The notes under the pieces are model-generated. The model did no database searches. It was not told the origin of the DNA and saw nothing but the letters and a program-made list of their open reading frames with translations. The position numbers and the translations under genes are program-made. From positions 115,775 to 179,774 of the forward strand of contig CAWGDS010000002.1 of the NCBI GenBank assembly GCA_963821425.1: a DNA stretch of 64,000 bases. Direction: 5' to 3'. Origin of the DNA: an uncultured Solirubrobacteraceae bacterium. Lineage in GTDB: Bacteria > Actinomycetota > Thermoleophilia > Solirubrobacterales > Solirubrobacteraceae. This document shows positions 16,339 through 25,091 of the stretch, piece after piece. The stretch's first letter is position 1. Each line of letters begins with the position of its first letter.

Positions 16339-17637
16339 ATGTCGACCCCCACCCTGTCCCCTGATTCCGACGTGCCTGCGCCCGAGCAGCTCGCCGAAGA
16401 TGCCGTGCCCGCCGTCCAGGAGGGCGGCTTCTCGCTCGAGCTGACCCAGGACCAGAAGGACATCCGCGATTGGGTCCACGGCTTCGCCGCCGACGTCGTG
16501 CGCCCGGCCGCCCACGAGTGGGACGAGAAGGAGCAGACTCCGTGGCCGATCATCCAGGAGGCCGCCAAGATCGGGCTGTACGGGTTCGAAGGCCTGGCCC
16601 AGTTCTTCGCCGACCCCACCGGCCTGACGCTCCCGATCGTCAACGAGGAGCTGTTCTGGGGCGACGCCGGGATCGGGATGTCGATCATGGGCACGGCCCT
16701 GGCCGTGGCGTCGATCTTCGGGCAGGGCAGCCCCGAGCAGATCGGCGAATGGATCCCCCGCTGCTTCGGCACGCCCGATGAGGTCAAGGTGGCCGCCTTC
16801 TGCTCCTCTGAGCCGAACGCCGGCTCGGACGTCTCGGCGGTGCGGACCCGCGCCCGCTACGACGAGGCCGCCGGCGAGTGGGTTCTCAACGGCCAGAAGG
16901 CGTGGGCCACCAACGGCGGCATCTCAGACGTCCACGTGGTGATCGCGACGGTCGACCCCGAGCTCGGCTCCCGTGGCCACGCGGCCTTCGTCGTGCCGAT
17001 GAGCGAGGCGAAGGGGATCTCGCAGGGGACGAAGGTCTCCAAGCACGGCCTGCGGGCCTCCCACACCGCTGACGTGTTCCTCGACGACTGCCGCATCCCG
17101 GCCGGCTACGTGCTGGGGGGCAAAGAGCGACTGGACGAACGCCTCGCCCGTGTACGCGAGGGCAAGCGCAGCAGCTCCCAAGCGGCGATGCAGACGTTCG
17201 AGGCGTCCCGTCCGACCGTCGGCGCCCAGGCGCTGGGGATCGCGCGGGCGGCCTATGAGTACGCGCTGGAGTACTCCAAGGATCGTGAGCAGTTCGGCCG
17301 CAAGATCATCGAAAACCAGGCGATCGCGTTTACGCTCGCGCGCATGAAGCTCGAGATCGACGCCGCCCGCCTGCTGGTCTGGCGGGCGTCGTGGATGGGT
17401 CGAACCGGGCATCGCTTCGAGAACGCCGAGGGCTCGATGAGCAAGCTCAAGTCCGGCGAGGTGGCGGTGTGGGTGACCGAGCGGGCGATCCAGATACTGG
17501 GCGGCAACGGCTACACCCGCGAGTACCCTGTTGAGCGCTGGCACCGCGACGCAAAGATCTACGACATCTTCGAGGGAACGGCCGAGATCCAGCAGCTGGT
17601 GATCGCACGGGCGATCAGCGGCCTGCAGATCCGCTAG
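16339..17637 (+). CDS. Acyl-CoA dehydrogenase
   Basis: AFCSSEPNAGSDVSAVRTRA, QKAWATNGG and the C-terminal RDAKIYDIFEGTAEIQQLVIAR are typical ACAD motifs. Confidence 0.9.
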   Translation: MSTPTLSPDSDVPAPEQLAEDAVPAVQEGGFSLELTQDQKDIRDWVHGFAADVVRPAAHEWDEKEQTPWPIIQEAAKIGLYGFEGLAQFFADPTGLTLPIVNEELFWGDAGIGMSIMGTALAVASIFGQGSPEQIGEWIPRCFGTPDEVKVAAFCSSEPNAGSDVSAVRTRARYDEAAGEWVLNGQKAWATNGGISDVHVVIATVDPELGSRGHAAFVVPMSEAKGISQGTKVSKHGLRASHTADVFLDDCRIPAGYVLGGKERLDERLARVREGKRSSSQAAMQTFEASRPTVGAQALGIARAAYEYALEYSKDREQFGRKIIENQAIAFTLARMKLEIDAARLLVWRASWMGRTGHRFENAEGSMSKLKSGEVAVWVTERAIQILGGNGYTREYPVERWHRDAKIYDIFEGTAEIQQLVIARAISGLQIR

Positions 17638-17660
17638 CCCCGCCGGCGGCCCGCGCCCCG

Positions 17661-18530
17661 GTGCGGCCGCTCGCGCTGCTGGCCGTGCTCGCCCTCGGCG
17701 CGGCCTTCGTGGTGCTCCTCACCGCCTCGGGCCCGAGCAGCCGCGCCGCGAGCGCCCCTGCGAGTGCCACCGGGGGAGGGGAGCTCGTCTACAGCAACCG
17801 CCCCCCCGACACCCATGGGCTGCCGGTGGCTCTGTTCGAGTCCTACGCCATCGCGGAGTTCGGCGGCGAGGTCGAACTGGCCGGCAGCAGCCGCTCCAAG
17901 CCCGTGGTGAGCGTGCTGATGGCGAGCTACGCCTGCCAGCACGGCCGCGCCGGCAGCTGCCGCACGAGCCCCGGCGCGAGCTTCAGCTGGCCTCTCACGC
18001 TCGAGCTCTACCGGGCGGGCCCTCGCGACTCCCGTGGCACCCTGCTGGCGCGGACCACCAAGACCTTTCAGATCCCCTACCGGCCCTCGGCCGCCAGCGC
18101 CTGTCCCGACGAAGGCTGGACCCAGGGATTCGGAGCCGGCTGCGAATTCGCCCAGCTGCACGCCGTCAGCTTCAGCTTCCCGAGTCTAACCCTACCGTCG
18201 AGGGTTATACTTGGCCTTGGATTCGAAACCCAGGACTACGGAACCGAACCCATCGGCAAGCCCGGCCCCTACAACGACCTCGGCGTGGCGGTGGCCGCCG
18301 ATTACGTCTGCCGGCGCCCCCACGGCAGCCGCGACTGCCTGCCCGGCGGCTACGTAAACGCCGCCCGCAGTGCTCCGAGCGTCGGCTCGGACCCGCTGCC
18401 CGACCAGGTTTACATAAGCACCAACTACGCGCCCCTGCCGTGCGGGGGCCTGGCGGGATCGTTCGGCGTCAGCGGGCCGTGCTGGACCCACGAACAGCCG
18501 GTCGTGGAAATCCGCGCCTCCGGCGCCTGA
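17661..18530 (+). CDS. Secreted hypothetical protein
   Basis: Signal peptide MRPLALLAVLALGAAFVVLLTASG. Contains several Cys. No recognised domain. Confidence 0.5.
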   Translation: MRPLALLAVLALGAAFVVLLTASGPSSRAASAPASATGGGELVYSNRPPDTHGLPVALFESYAIAEFGGEVELAGSSRSKPVVSVLMASYACQHGRAGSCRTSPGASFSWPLTLELYRAGPRDSRGTLLARTTKTFQIPYRPSAASACPDEGWTQGFGAGCEFAQLHAVSFSFPSLTLPSRVILGLGFETQDYGTEPIGKPGPYNDLGVAVAADYVCRRPHGSRDCLPGGYVNAARSAPSVGSDPLPDQVYISTNYAPLPCGGLAGSFGVSGPCWTHEQPVVEIRASGA

Positions 18531-18566
18531 TCGACGCGGACGAAGCCTGCCGTGGCCGCCCGGCGG

Positions 18567-18821
18567 CTACCAGGCCTGGCCCGCCCCGCAGTGGGGGCAG
18601 GTGACGCTGGTGGACACCGGCGCCTGGAACCACAGCCCGCATCCGCAGGTGTAGCAAGCCCTGTCCAGGGGCCCGCCCGCGTCACGGACGCGCTGGGCGG
18701 CGTGGTCGCAGCGGGGGGCCGCCGTGACGATCTGGACGGCCTCCTCGCCGCCGCGGCGGCGGCCGCGGTGGTTGGAGCGGCGCAGGGGGAGGGTGCCGGG
18801 CAGACGTCTCAGACGGGTCAT
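18567..18821 (-). CDS. Small zinc-ribbon protein (hypothetical)
   Basis: MTRLRRLPG... with CYTCGC ... CPHCG (two CxxC pairs). The start is uncertain. Confidence 0.35.
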   Translation of the reverse strand: MTRLRRLPGTLPLRRSNHRGRRRGGEEAVQIVTAAPRCDHAAQRVRDAGGPLDRACYTCGCGLWFQAPVSTSVTCPHCGAGQAW

Positions 18822-18957
18822 GGTGTCTGTCTGTCTAACGTCCGGCATCCCTCAGGGTTTCGCCCCTGCCGCGAGATTTCCTCGCTCGCACCCGCCGGCG
18901 GGGTGTGGCGACGGTGCGGCATCACGGCCGGGGCCGTTTGGAATACTGCTCTGGTTG

Positions 18958-19374
18958 ATGTCCCCCGCGCGCAAGCGAACCGTGCGCCTGGTACTGGCAC
19001 TGAGCGCCGCCGTAGTGCTGGCCAGCGCTCTCATCTACACCAGCTTCACCGCCGCCAGCCCGGCGCTGACGCCGACCCAGCTGCTGCACGAAGCACAGCC
19101 CGGACGCAGCTACCAGCTCACCGGCACGGTCGTCCACGGGTCCGTCCACCGCGAAGGCCCGGTGCTCGACTTCAGCGTCCAGGACAGGGCGGGGACGCGG
19201 GCGGTGGCGCTCGCCTACACGGGCAGCGTTCCGGATCCCTTCCGCGAAGGCCGCGAGGTGATCGTGACCGTGCAGAAGCAGGGCTCGCGCTTCGTCGGCG
19301 AACGCGACTCCCTGATCACCAAGTGCCCCTCGAAGTACAAGACCGCTCCGCCGAGCGAGAAGCAGAACCTGTAG
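18958..19374 (+). CDS. ccmE: Cytochrome c maturation haem chaperone CcmE, CxxxY variant
   Basis: ATG at 18958. An N-terminal TM anchor is followed by the OB-fold pattern YQLTGTVVHGSV...FSVQD...VALAYTGSVPDPFREGREVIVTV. The C-terminus is LITKCPSKYK (Cys at 19324-19326, Tyr at 19336-19338) where canonical CcmE has HxxxY. It lies directly upstream of ccmF. Confidence 0.8.
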   Translation: MSPARKRTVRLVLALSAAVVLASALIYTSFTAASPALTPTQLLHEAQPGRSYQLTGTVVHGSVHREGPVLDFSVQDRAGTRAVALAYTGSVPDPFREGREVIVTVQKQGSRFVGERDSLITKCPSKYKTAPPSEKQNL

Positions 19375-19433
19375 GTGCTCCGCGCCGGCGCCCCGCACCT
19401 GAGGTGCGCGCCCGCGTGGGCGGCTAGCCGCTG

Positions 19434-21596
19434 ATGGCCGGGCTCGGCTTCTGCTGCCTGGTGCTGGCGCTTGCCGTCTGCGCCTACGGAATCGCCGCCT
19501 CGATCTACGGCGTCCGCAAGCATCGCCCTGAGTTCGTCGACTCCGGCCGCCGCGCGATGTACGCGCTGGCCGCCGTGCTGACCGTCGCCGGGCTGGTGCT
19601 CGAGGTCGCCTTCCTGCGGAACGACTTCTCCTTCAACACCGTCGCCGACACCTCCAGCCGCACCACCCCCACGCTCTACCGGGTGGCGGCCGTGTGGTCC
19701 TCCCAGGAAGGCTCGCTGCTGCTGTGGGCGTGGCTGCTGTCGATCTGGTCCAGCCTGGCGCTGCTGGTGACCCGCAGGCGCCTGCGTGAGATCGCGGCCT
19801 ACGCCACCGCCATCCTGCTGGGGCTCGGGGCCTTCTTCGTGTCGCTGATGGTCTTCTACGCGAACCCCTTCAGCACCACCACCCCCGCCCCCGCCGAAGG
19901 CGCCGGCCTGGATCCGCTGCTGCGCTTCCCGACGATGATGATCCACCCCCCGATGCTCTACTCGGGCTACACGCTGTGCATGATCCCGCTGGCGTTCGGC
20001 TTCGGGGCCCTGCTCGCGCGGCGCCTGCAGGCCGATTGGATCGGGGCCATCCGTCGCTTCGCCTTCGCCGCCTGGTTGTTCCTGGGCATCGGCATCCTGC
20101 TCGGCGCCCGCTGGTCCTACTCGGAGCTCGGGTGGGGGGGCTACTGGGGCTGGGACGCGGTCGAGAACGCCTCGCTGATGCCGTGGCTGACCGCCACCGC
20201 CTTTCTGCACTCGCTGATGATCCAGGAGAAGCGGGGGATGCTGAAGGTATGGAACGTCTCGCTGGTGCTCGCCACCGGCACGCTTGCCGTGATGGGGACG
20301 TTCCTCGTGCGCAGTGGGATCCTGAACTCGATCCACGCCTTCGGCGGCCACACCCTGGGGGTGCCGTTCGTGATCCTGATCGGGGTCCTGATCGGAGCTT
20401 CGATCTACCTCGTGGTCTCGCGGCGGGAGCTGCTGCGCTCCGAGGCCCGGCTCGACTCGCTGCTGTCCCGGGAGGCGATGTTCCTGGCCAACAACCTCGT
20501 CCTAGTGGCGCTCTGCTTCGTGATCTTCTGGGGTACCTACTTCCCGCTGATCTCTGAGGCCATCTCCGGGCGCGAAGCCTCCGTCGGGCCGCCCTGGTTC
20601 GATCGCTACACGGTCCCGCTGGCGCTGGCCCTGGTGCTGCTGAGCGGCATCGGCCCGGTGATCGCCTGGCGCCGGGCGACGTTCGCCAACGCACGGCGCA
20701 ACTTCCTCGTTCCGATCGGCGCGGCGCTCGCCACGCTCGCCGGGCTCGAGCTCAGCGGCGTCACCCACAAGCCCTTCGCGACGGCGATGTTCTGCTGTGC
20801 GGCGTTCGTGCTCGGCAGCGTCGGGCAGGAGTTCGTGCGCGGCACCCGTGCCCGGCGGGCGATCGCCGGAGAGCCGGCGCCACGCGCCCTGCTGGCGCTC
20901 GTGCGCCGTAACCGCAGGCGTTACGGGGGCTACATCGTGCACCTCGGGATGGCGGTGCTGTTCGTCGGCGTGGCGGCCTCCTCGTCCTTCCAGCACGCGG
21001 TCGAGCAGGGGCTCTCGCCCGGCCAGTCCGCCCGCGTCGGCGCCTACACGGTCCGCTACGTCAAGCCGACCGCGTCCGTCACCCCCGCCAACGACGCTGC
21101 CCACACCGGCGCGCTCCTCAGCCTGGGTGCGCGCCTGCAGGTGCTGAAGGGCAAGCAGCGTGTGGCCACGCTCGAACCGAGCGAGGGCTACTACCCCTCG
21201 GGCGAACCGGGACAGGGCACCGTCGGCAGCCTGATCGGGGGCCAGCCGGTGAGCCACATCGCGATGAACGGCGGCATCACCCGCGACGTCTGGAGTGCGG
21301 TGGAGCCGGACATCGAAGCCCCCGCCCTGCAGAAGATCATCAGTGCCGGCAACCGCACCCTGCCGCCCGCAGACGCGCTCGTCGCTCTAGGGGTACTGGC
21401 GCGCCAGTACCTGCAACACCCGCCGCCGGCCCAGTTCCACTTCATCGTCTCGCCGCTGGTCATGTGGATCTGGCTCGGAGGCCTGATCGTGCTCGGCGGG
21501 GCGCTGATCGCCCTGTGGCCGGCCCCCAGCACGGTGCGCCGCCGGGTGGCCGCCCTGGAGCGCCCGCGGGCGCTGCGCGGCCTGGCTCGCGTCTAG
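19434..21596 (+). CDS. ccmF: Cytochrome c-type biogenesis protein CcmF (haem lyase)
   Basis: The WWD tryptophan-rich motif WGGYWGWDAVENASLMPWL is present, in a ~15-TM protein of 720 aa. Confidence 0.9.
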   Translation: MAGLGFCCLVLALAVCAYGIAASIYGVRKHRPEFVDSGRRAMYALAAVLTVAGLVLEVAFLRNDFSFNTVADTSSRTTPTLYRVAAVWSSQEGSLLLWAWLLSIWSSLALLVTRRRLREIAAYATAILLGLGAFFVSLMVFYANPFSTTTPAPAEGAGLDPLLRFPTMMIHPPMLYSGYTLCMIPLAFGFGALLARRLQADWIGAIRRFAFAAWLFLGIGILLGARWSYSELGWGGYWGWDAVENASLMPWLTATAFLHSLMIQEKRGMLKVWNVSLVLATGTLAVMGTFLVRSGILNSIHAFGGHTLGVPFVILIGVLIGASIYLVVSRRELLRSEARLDSLLSREAMFLANNLVLVALCFVIFWGTYFPLISEAISGREASVGPPWFDRYTVPLALALVLLSGIGPVIAWRRATFANARRNFLVPIGAALATLAGLELSGVTHKPFATAMFCCAAFVLGSVGQEFVRGTRARRAIAGEPAPRALLALVRRNRRRYGGYIVHLGMAVLFVGVAASSSFQHAVEQGLSPGQSARVGAYTVRYVKPTASVTPANDAAHTGALLSLGARLQVLKGKQRVATLEPSEGYYPSGEPGQGTVGSLIGGQPVSHIAMNGGITRDVWSAVEPDIEAPALQKIISAGNRTLPPADALVALGVLARQYLQHPPPAQFHFIVSPLVMWIWLGGLIVLGGALIALWPAPSTVRRRVAALERPRALRGLARV

Positions 21597-21620
21597 GCGA
21601 GCCCCGGCGCTCGGAATCCG

Positions 21621-21962
21621 GTGGACATCGGGATCGCGATCCTCGCGCTCACGCTGCTGGCGCTGGTGGTCAACTTCGTCGGCGCCCCGTTGCGCGCCCG
21701 ACGCGGCCCCGACGCGGACGCCGACGCGGAAGCCGACGCCGGCGAGCGCGAGGCGCTGGAGGCGGCCCGCGAGGCCAAGTACCGGGAGATCCGCGACCTC
21801 GACATGGACCTGCGGACCGGCAAGCTCTCGCCCGAGGACTACGAGGCGATCAACACCCAGCTGCGCGCCGAGGCGATCGAGATCCTCGACCGGCTCGAAC
21901 CGTCGGACGGTGACCGGAGCGGCGCGGAGGACGAGGCCGGCGGGCCGGGGGCTGGGGCCTAG
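21621..21962 (+). CDS. Small TM protein resembling the N-terminal module of CcmI/CycH
   Basis: GTG start and one TM helix, then KYREIRDLDMDLRTGKLSPEDYEAINTQLRAEAIEIL. This resembles the CcmI pattern EL..D...G.ls.eey. No TPR region is present. Confidence 0.4.
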   Translation: MDIGIAILALTLLALVVNFVGAPLRARRGPDADADAEADAGEREALEAAREAKYREIRDLDMDLRTGKLSPEDYEAINTQLRAEAIEILDRLEPSDGDRSGAEDEAGGPGAGA

Positions 21963-22192
21963 GCCCAGGGACGCTTCAGCAGAATGACCGCGTTCACGAA
22001 GAACAGCACCGCGAACGCGACCGTCCAGCGGTTGAGGTTGCGCTCGACCATCGAGCCGCCGCCGAGGGGGCCCGCTCCGGTGCCCACCCCGAACGCTCCG
22101 GACAGGCCTGCGTCCTTGCCCGAGTGCATCAGGATCAGCAGCACCAGCACGACCGAGATGGCGACCTGGATGATGGAGTCGATCGTTTCCAC
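21959..22192 (-). CDS. secG: Preprotein translocase subunit SecG
   Basis: 77 aa with two TM helices. The central loop HSGKDAGLSGAFGVGTGAG is typical of SecG. Confidence 0.85.
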   Translation of the reverse strand: METIDSIIQVAISVVLVLLILMHSGKDAGLSGAFGVGTGAGPLGGGSMVERNLNRWTVAFAVLFFVNAVILLKRPWA

Positions 22193-22254
22193 GATCCGTT
22201 AAGTTAGCGATCCCGGCGGGCAATGTGGCTCGAACACCCCCAGGTCGGGGTATG

Positions 22255-22478
22255 GCAGGAGGAATGGAGGGAGTTCCGGCGAACGGACGCGAAGAGGACC
22301 CAGTGCGACATTCCGCTCTTACGACCGCTACGGTGCACAGCCACGCCCTGACGCAGGCGGCACCAAGGGGAGTCCGCCGGGGCGGGTAACGAATGCTTTA
22401 CGTATTCCAGCGCATCTGCCGATATGACTTCGGGTGGGCCTCCCCCGGAAGCCTGCGTTAGCCAGGTTCGATCACGAC
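22255..22478 (+). ncRNA. Candidate c-di-AMP (ydaO/yuaA-type) riboswitch in the hydrolase 5' leader
   Basis: Three blocks occur in the order of the conserved ydaO blocks as I recall them. They are GAGGACCCA (22294-22302), GGGGAGTCCGCCGGGGCGGGTAACGAATGC (22367-22396) and CCCCGGAAGCCTGCGTTAGCCAGG (22443-22466). The corresponding recalled blocks are GGGGACCCA, GGGGUGAAUCC and CCCGAA..CAGCUAACC. Not verified with a covariance model. Confidence 0.35.
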
Positions 22479-25076
22479 ATGGGAAGACCCGAGAGCGAAA
22501 AAGCCTCAAGCAGCGCCGGGCGCGTGGCGGCCGGCGCCGCGGGCTGGCAGCGTCGCCGGCTCGTACGGGCCCTGCTCTCGGCCCTCGCCGGCGGCGGGCT
22601 GACGGCCGCAGGGCTCGGCGGAGCCGCCGTCCAGAGCGCGCTGGCCGCGGGCCCGCGTGCCTCGGCCGAAGGCCTCCCCAGCGGCGGCAGCGTCCAGGCC
22701 ACGGGCTCGGAAGGCACGGGCACCGGCACCACGGGCGCGTCCGAAACGAGCACCACGCCGACCACCACGAGCACCACCCCCACGAGCACCAGCACGACGC
22801 CTTCGCCGAGCACCACCACCCCCCAGACGACGACCACGCCCCAGAGCACCCCCGCGCCGAAGCACAAGGCCGGCGTGGAAGCGCCGAGCGTGGTGGTCAA
22901 GCGCAAACAGAAGTCGAGCGCCGGAGCCAAGGCGCGCAGCGAACAGGCGAACGCCGCCAACGCCAAGGCGGCGGCTGAAAAGGCGGGACCCAACGGCGTC
23001 GCCGCCTCGCCCCAGTCGGTCGCCGACACGGCCGCCCTGGAAGCGATCCTCAACTCCAGCAACGCCTCCGCCGCGGCCCTGAACTTCTACCGCGTGCCCC
23101 TGTTCCTGCTGCCGATCTACAAGGCGGCCGCGGTGCAGTACGGCGTGCCGTGGCAGATCCTGGCGGCGATCAACGAAATCGAGACCGACTACGGCACCGA
23201 TCTGTCGGTCTCCAGCGCCGGGGCGGTCGGCTGGATGCAGTTCATGCCGGGCACCTGGCTGCAGTACGGGGTGGACGCCCTCGACGCCGGCTACGCGGAC
23301 CCCTACAACCCCGTCGACGCGATCTTCGCCGCCGCCCGCTACCTGCGCGCCGCCGGCGCGGCCAGCAACCTCAAAGACGCGATCCTGGCCTACAACCACT
23401 CCGAAGAATATGTGAGCTCGGTGCTGCTGCGGGCGAAGCTGATCACCACCTACCCGAAGGGCATCGTCGCCACGCTCACGGGACTGATCGACGGCCGCCT
23501 GCCGGTGACCGGCAAGCAGCTCTCCTGGACCACCCCGGACGGCAGCTCCTCGAGCAGCCCGAACGGCAGCTCGAGCGCCACCGCCGGTGCCACCCAGACG
23601 AGCGCTGGGACCCCGACGACCCCCGCAGGCTCGACGACCGCGGCCACCGCCCAAGCGTCCACTCCCGGCTCCACCGCCCCGCCCACGCCGGCGGCCGCCG
23701 CGGCCGGCACCGGCAGCGGTCACCCGCTGCAGCTGGCCAGCCTGAGCACCTCTCCCAAGGCCAGCGTGGTGGCCGTCCAGGACGGTCGCGTGATCGGCCT
23801 CGGGGCATCACGCAAGCTGGGCCTGTACTTGATCCTCCGCGACGTCTACGGCGACGTCTTCACCTACTCCGGGCTGGGGGCCATCGCACCCACCTACACG
23901 ACCCCCAAAACGCCCGCCGCGGCGTCCAGCACGGCCGTCGCAGCCGCCGCCAGCGCGGCCCCGGCCCCGAAGGGTCCAGCCAGCGCCGGAACCCAGCCGC
24001 AGACGCTGAAGGTGAGCGCGCCGAAGCCCTCGAGCTCCCCCTCCTCGGCCAACAGCGGCAAGGTGACGATCACCCCGGTGGCCGCCGCGGGGGTTCCCGC
24101 AGGGATGGGCCGGGCCCGCCTGTACGCGCACCCGGACAACCCCGACGCGCGCGCAGCGGTGGCCGCGAAAGCCGCCGAGCGCGCGAGCCAGGCCCGTGCC
24201 ACGACCCACATCCCGCTGCGCAAGGGTTCGGTGGTTGCCGCCGGGACCGTGCTCGGCAAGGTGACCGTCGCCCCCGAAGCCAAAGCCGGCAGCCTGCGCT
24301 TCGCGATCCAGCCGGCGGGCGACTCCGCCACGATCGACCCGGGAGCGGTGCTCGCCAACTGGGCGCAACTGCAGGCGGCGCTGCACCCCGAGGGGGCGAA
24401 GGCTTCGAACCCGCTGCTCGGCGCGACCGCCAGCGACGTGCTGCTGCTGTCGCGCTCGCAGCTGCAGCGGGCTGTCCTGTCCGACCCGGAAATCTCGATC
24501 TACGGGTGCGGCCGGCGCGACATCTCGAGCGGCCTGATCGACCGGCGCACGCTTGCCGTGGTCGCCTTCCTGGCCCGCAGCGGCCTCGAGCCCACGATCA
24601 GCGCGCTGCGCTGCGGTCAGTCCGAGTACACCGCCGGCGGTGCGCTGTCGGCGGCCTTCGACGGGCGCCAGGTGGACATCTCGGCCATCAACGGCGTCAA
24701 GATCGCCCACCACCAGGGGCCCGGCACGATCACCGACCTGACGATCCGCACGCTGCTGACGCTCCCCCAGCAGTTCGTGCCCCACGAAATCCTGAGCCTG
24801 ATGCGCTACCCGCAGTCGTCCAACACCCAGGCCAGCAGCACCTACTGGAGCCACATCCAGCTCGTCTTCTCCTCCTCGCAGCCCGCGGCCCAGGCAGCCG
24901 GCGCCCAGGGGCATGGCTCGGGCGCGGCGCCGCCGGCCACGACGAACCTCGGCGGCGGCTCGCTGAACACCTCGCAGTGGGAAGCGCTGATGGGGCGCAT
25001 CCAGGCGCTGCCGTTCCCGGCGGTGCCGACGAAGCCCAGCTCCTCGGCGATACCCGACCCGCGCCGACCGCACTAG
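22434..25076 (+). CDS. Secreted multidomain murein hydrolase: lytic transglycosylase + degenerate LytM + C-terminal unknown domain
   Basis: The signal region is RRRLVRALLSALAGGGLTAAGLGGAAVQSALA, followed by T/P/S-rich linkers. The SLT/MltB-like core is YGVPWQILAAINEIETDYG...AGAVGWMQFMPGTW...DPYNPVDAIFAAARYL...ILAYNHSEEY. The LytM-like strands lack the His ligands. The start may instead be ATG 22479. Confidence 0.8.
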   Translation: MGLPRKPALARFDHDMGRPESEKASSSAGRVAAGAAGWQRRRLVRALLSALAGGGLTAAGLGGAAVQSALAAGPRASAEGLPSGGSVQATGSEGTGTGTTGASETSTTPTTTSTTPTSTSTTPSPSTTTPQTTTTPQSTPAPKHKAGVEAPSVVVKRKQKSSAGAKARSEQANAANAKAAAEKAGPNGVAASPQSVADTAALEAILNSSNASAAALNFYRVPLFLLPIYKAAAVQYGVPWQILAAINEIETDYGTDLSVSSAGAVGWMQFMPGTWLQYGVDALDAGYADPYNPVDAIFAAARYLRAAGAASNLKDAILAYNHSEEYVSSVLLRAKLITTYPKGIVATLTGLIDGRLPVTGKQLSWTTPDGSSSSSPNGSSSATAGATQTSAGTPTTPAGSTTAATAQASTPGSTAPPTPAAAAAGTGSGHPLQLASLSTSPKASVVAVQDGRVIGLGASRKLGLYLILRDVYGDVFTYSGLGAIAPTYTTPKTPAAASSTAVAAAASAAPAPKGPASAGTQPQTLKVSAPKPSSSPSSANSGKVTITPVAAAGVPAGMGRARLYAHPDNPDARAAVAAKAAERASQARATTHIPLRKGSVVAAGTVLGKVTVAPEAKAGSLRFAIQPAGDSATIDPGAVLANWAQLQAALHPEGAKASNPLLGATASDVLLLSRSQLQRAVLSDPEISIYGCGRRDISSGLIDRRTLAVVAFLARSGLEPTISALRCGQSEYTAGGALSAAFDGRQVDISAINGVKIAHHQGPGTITDLTIRTLLTLPQQFVPHEILSLMRYPQSSNTQASSTYWSHIQLVFSSSQPAAQAAGAQGHGSGAAPPATTNLGGGSLNTSQWEALMGRIQALPFPAVPTKPSSSAIPDPRRPH

Positions 25077-25091
25077 CCGCGGGCGCCCGCC

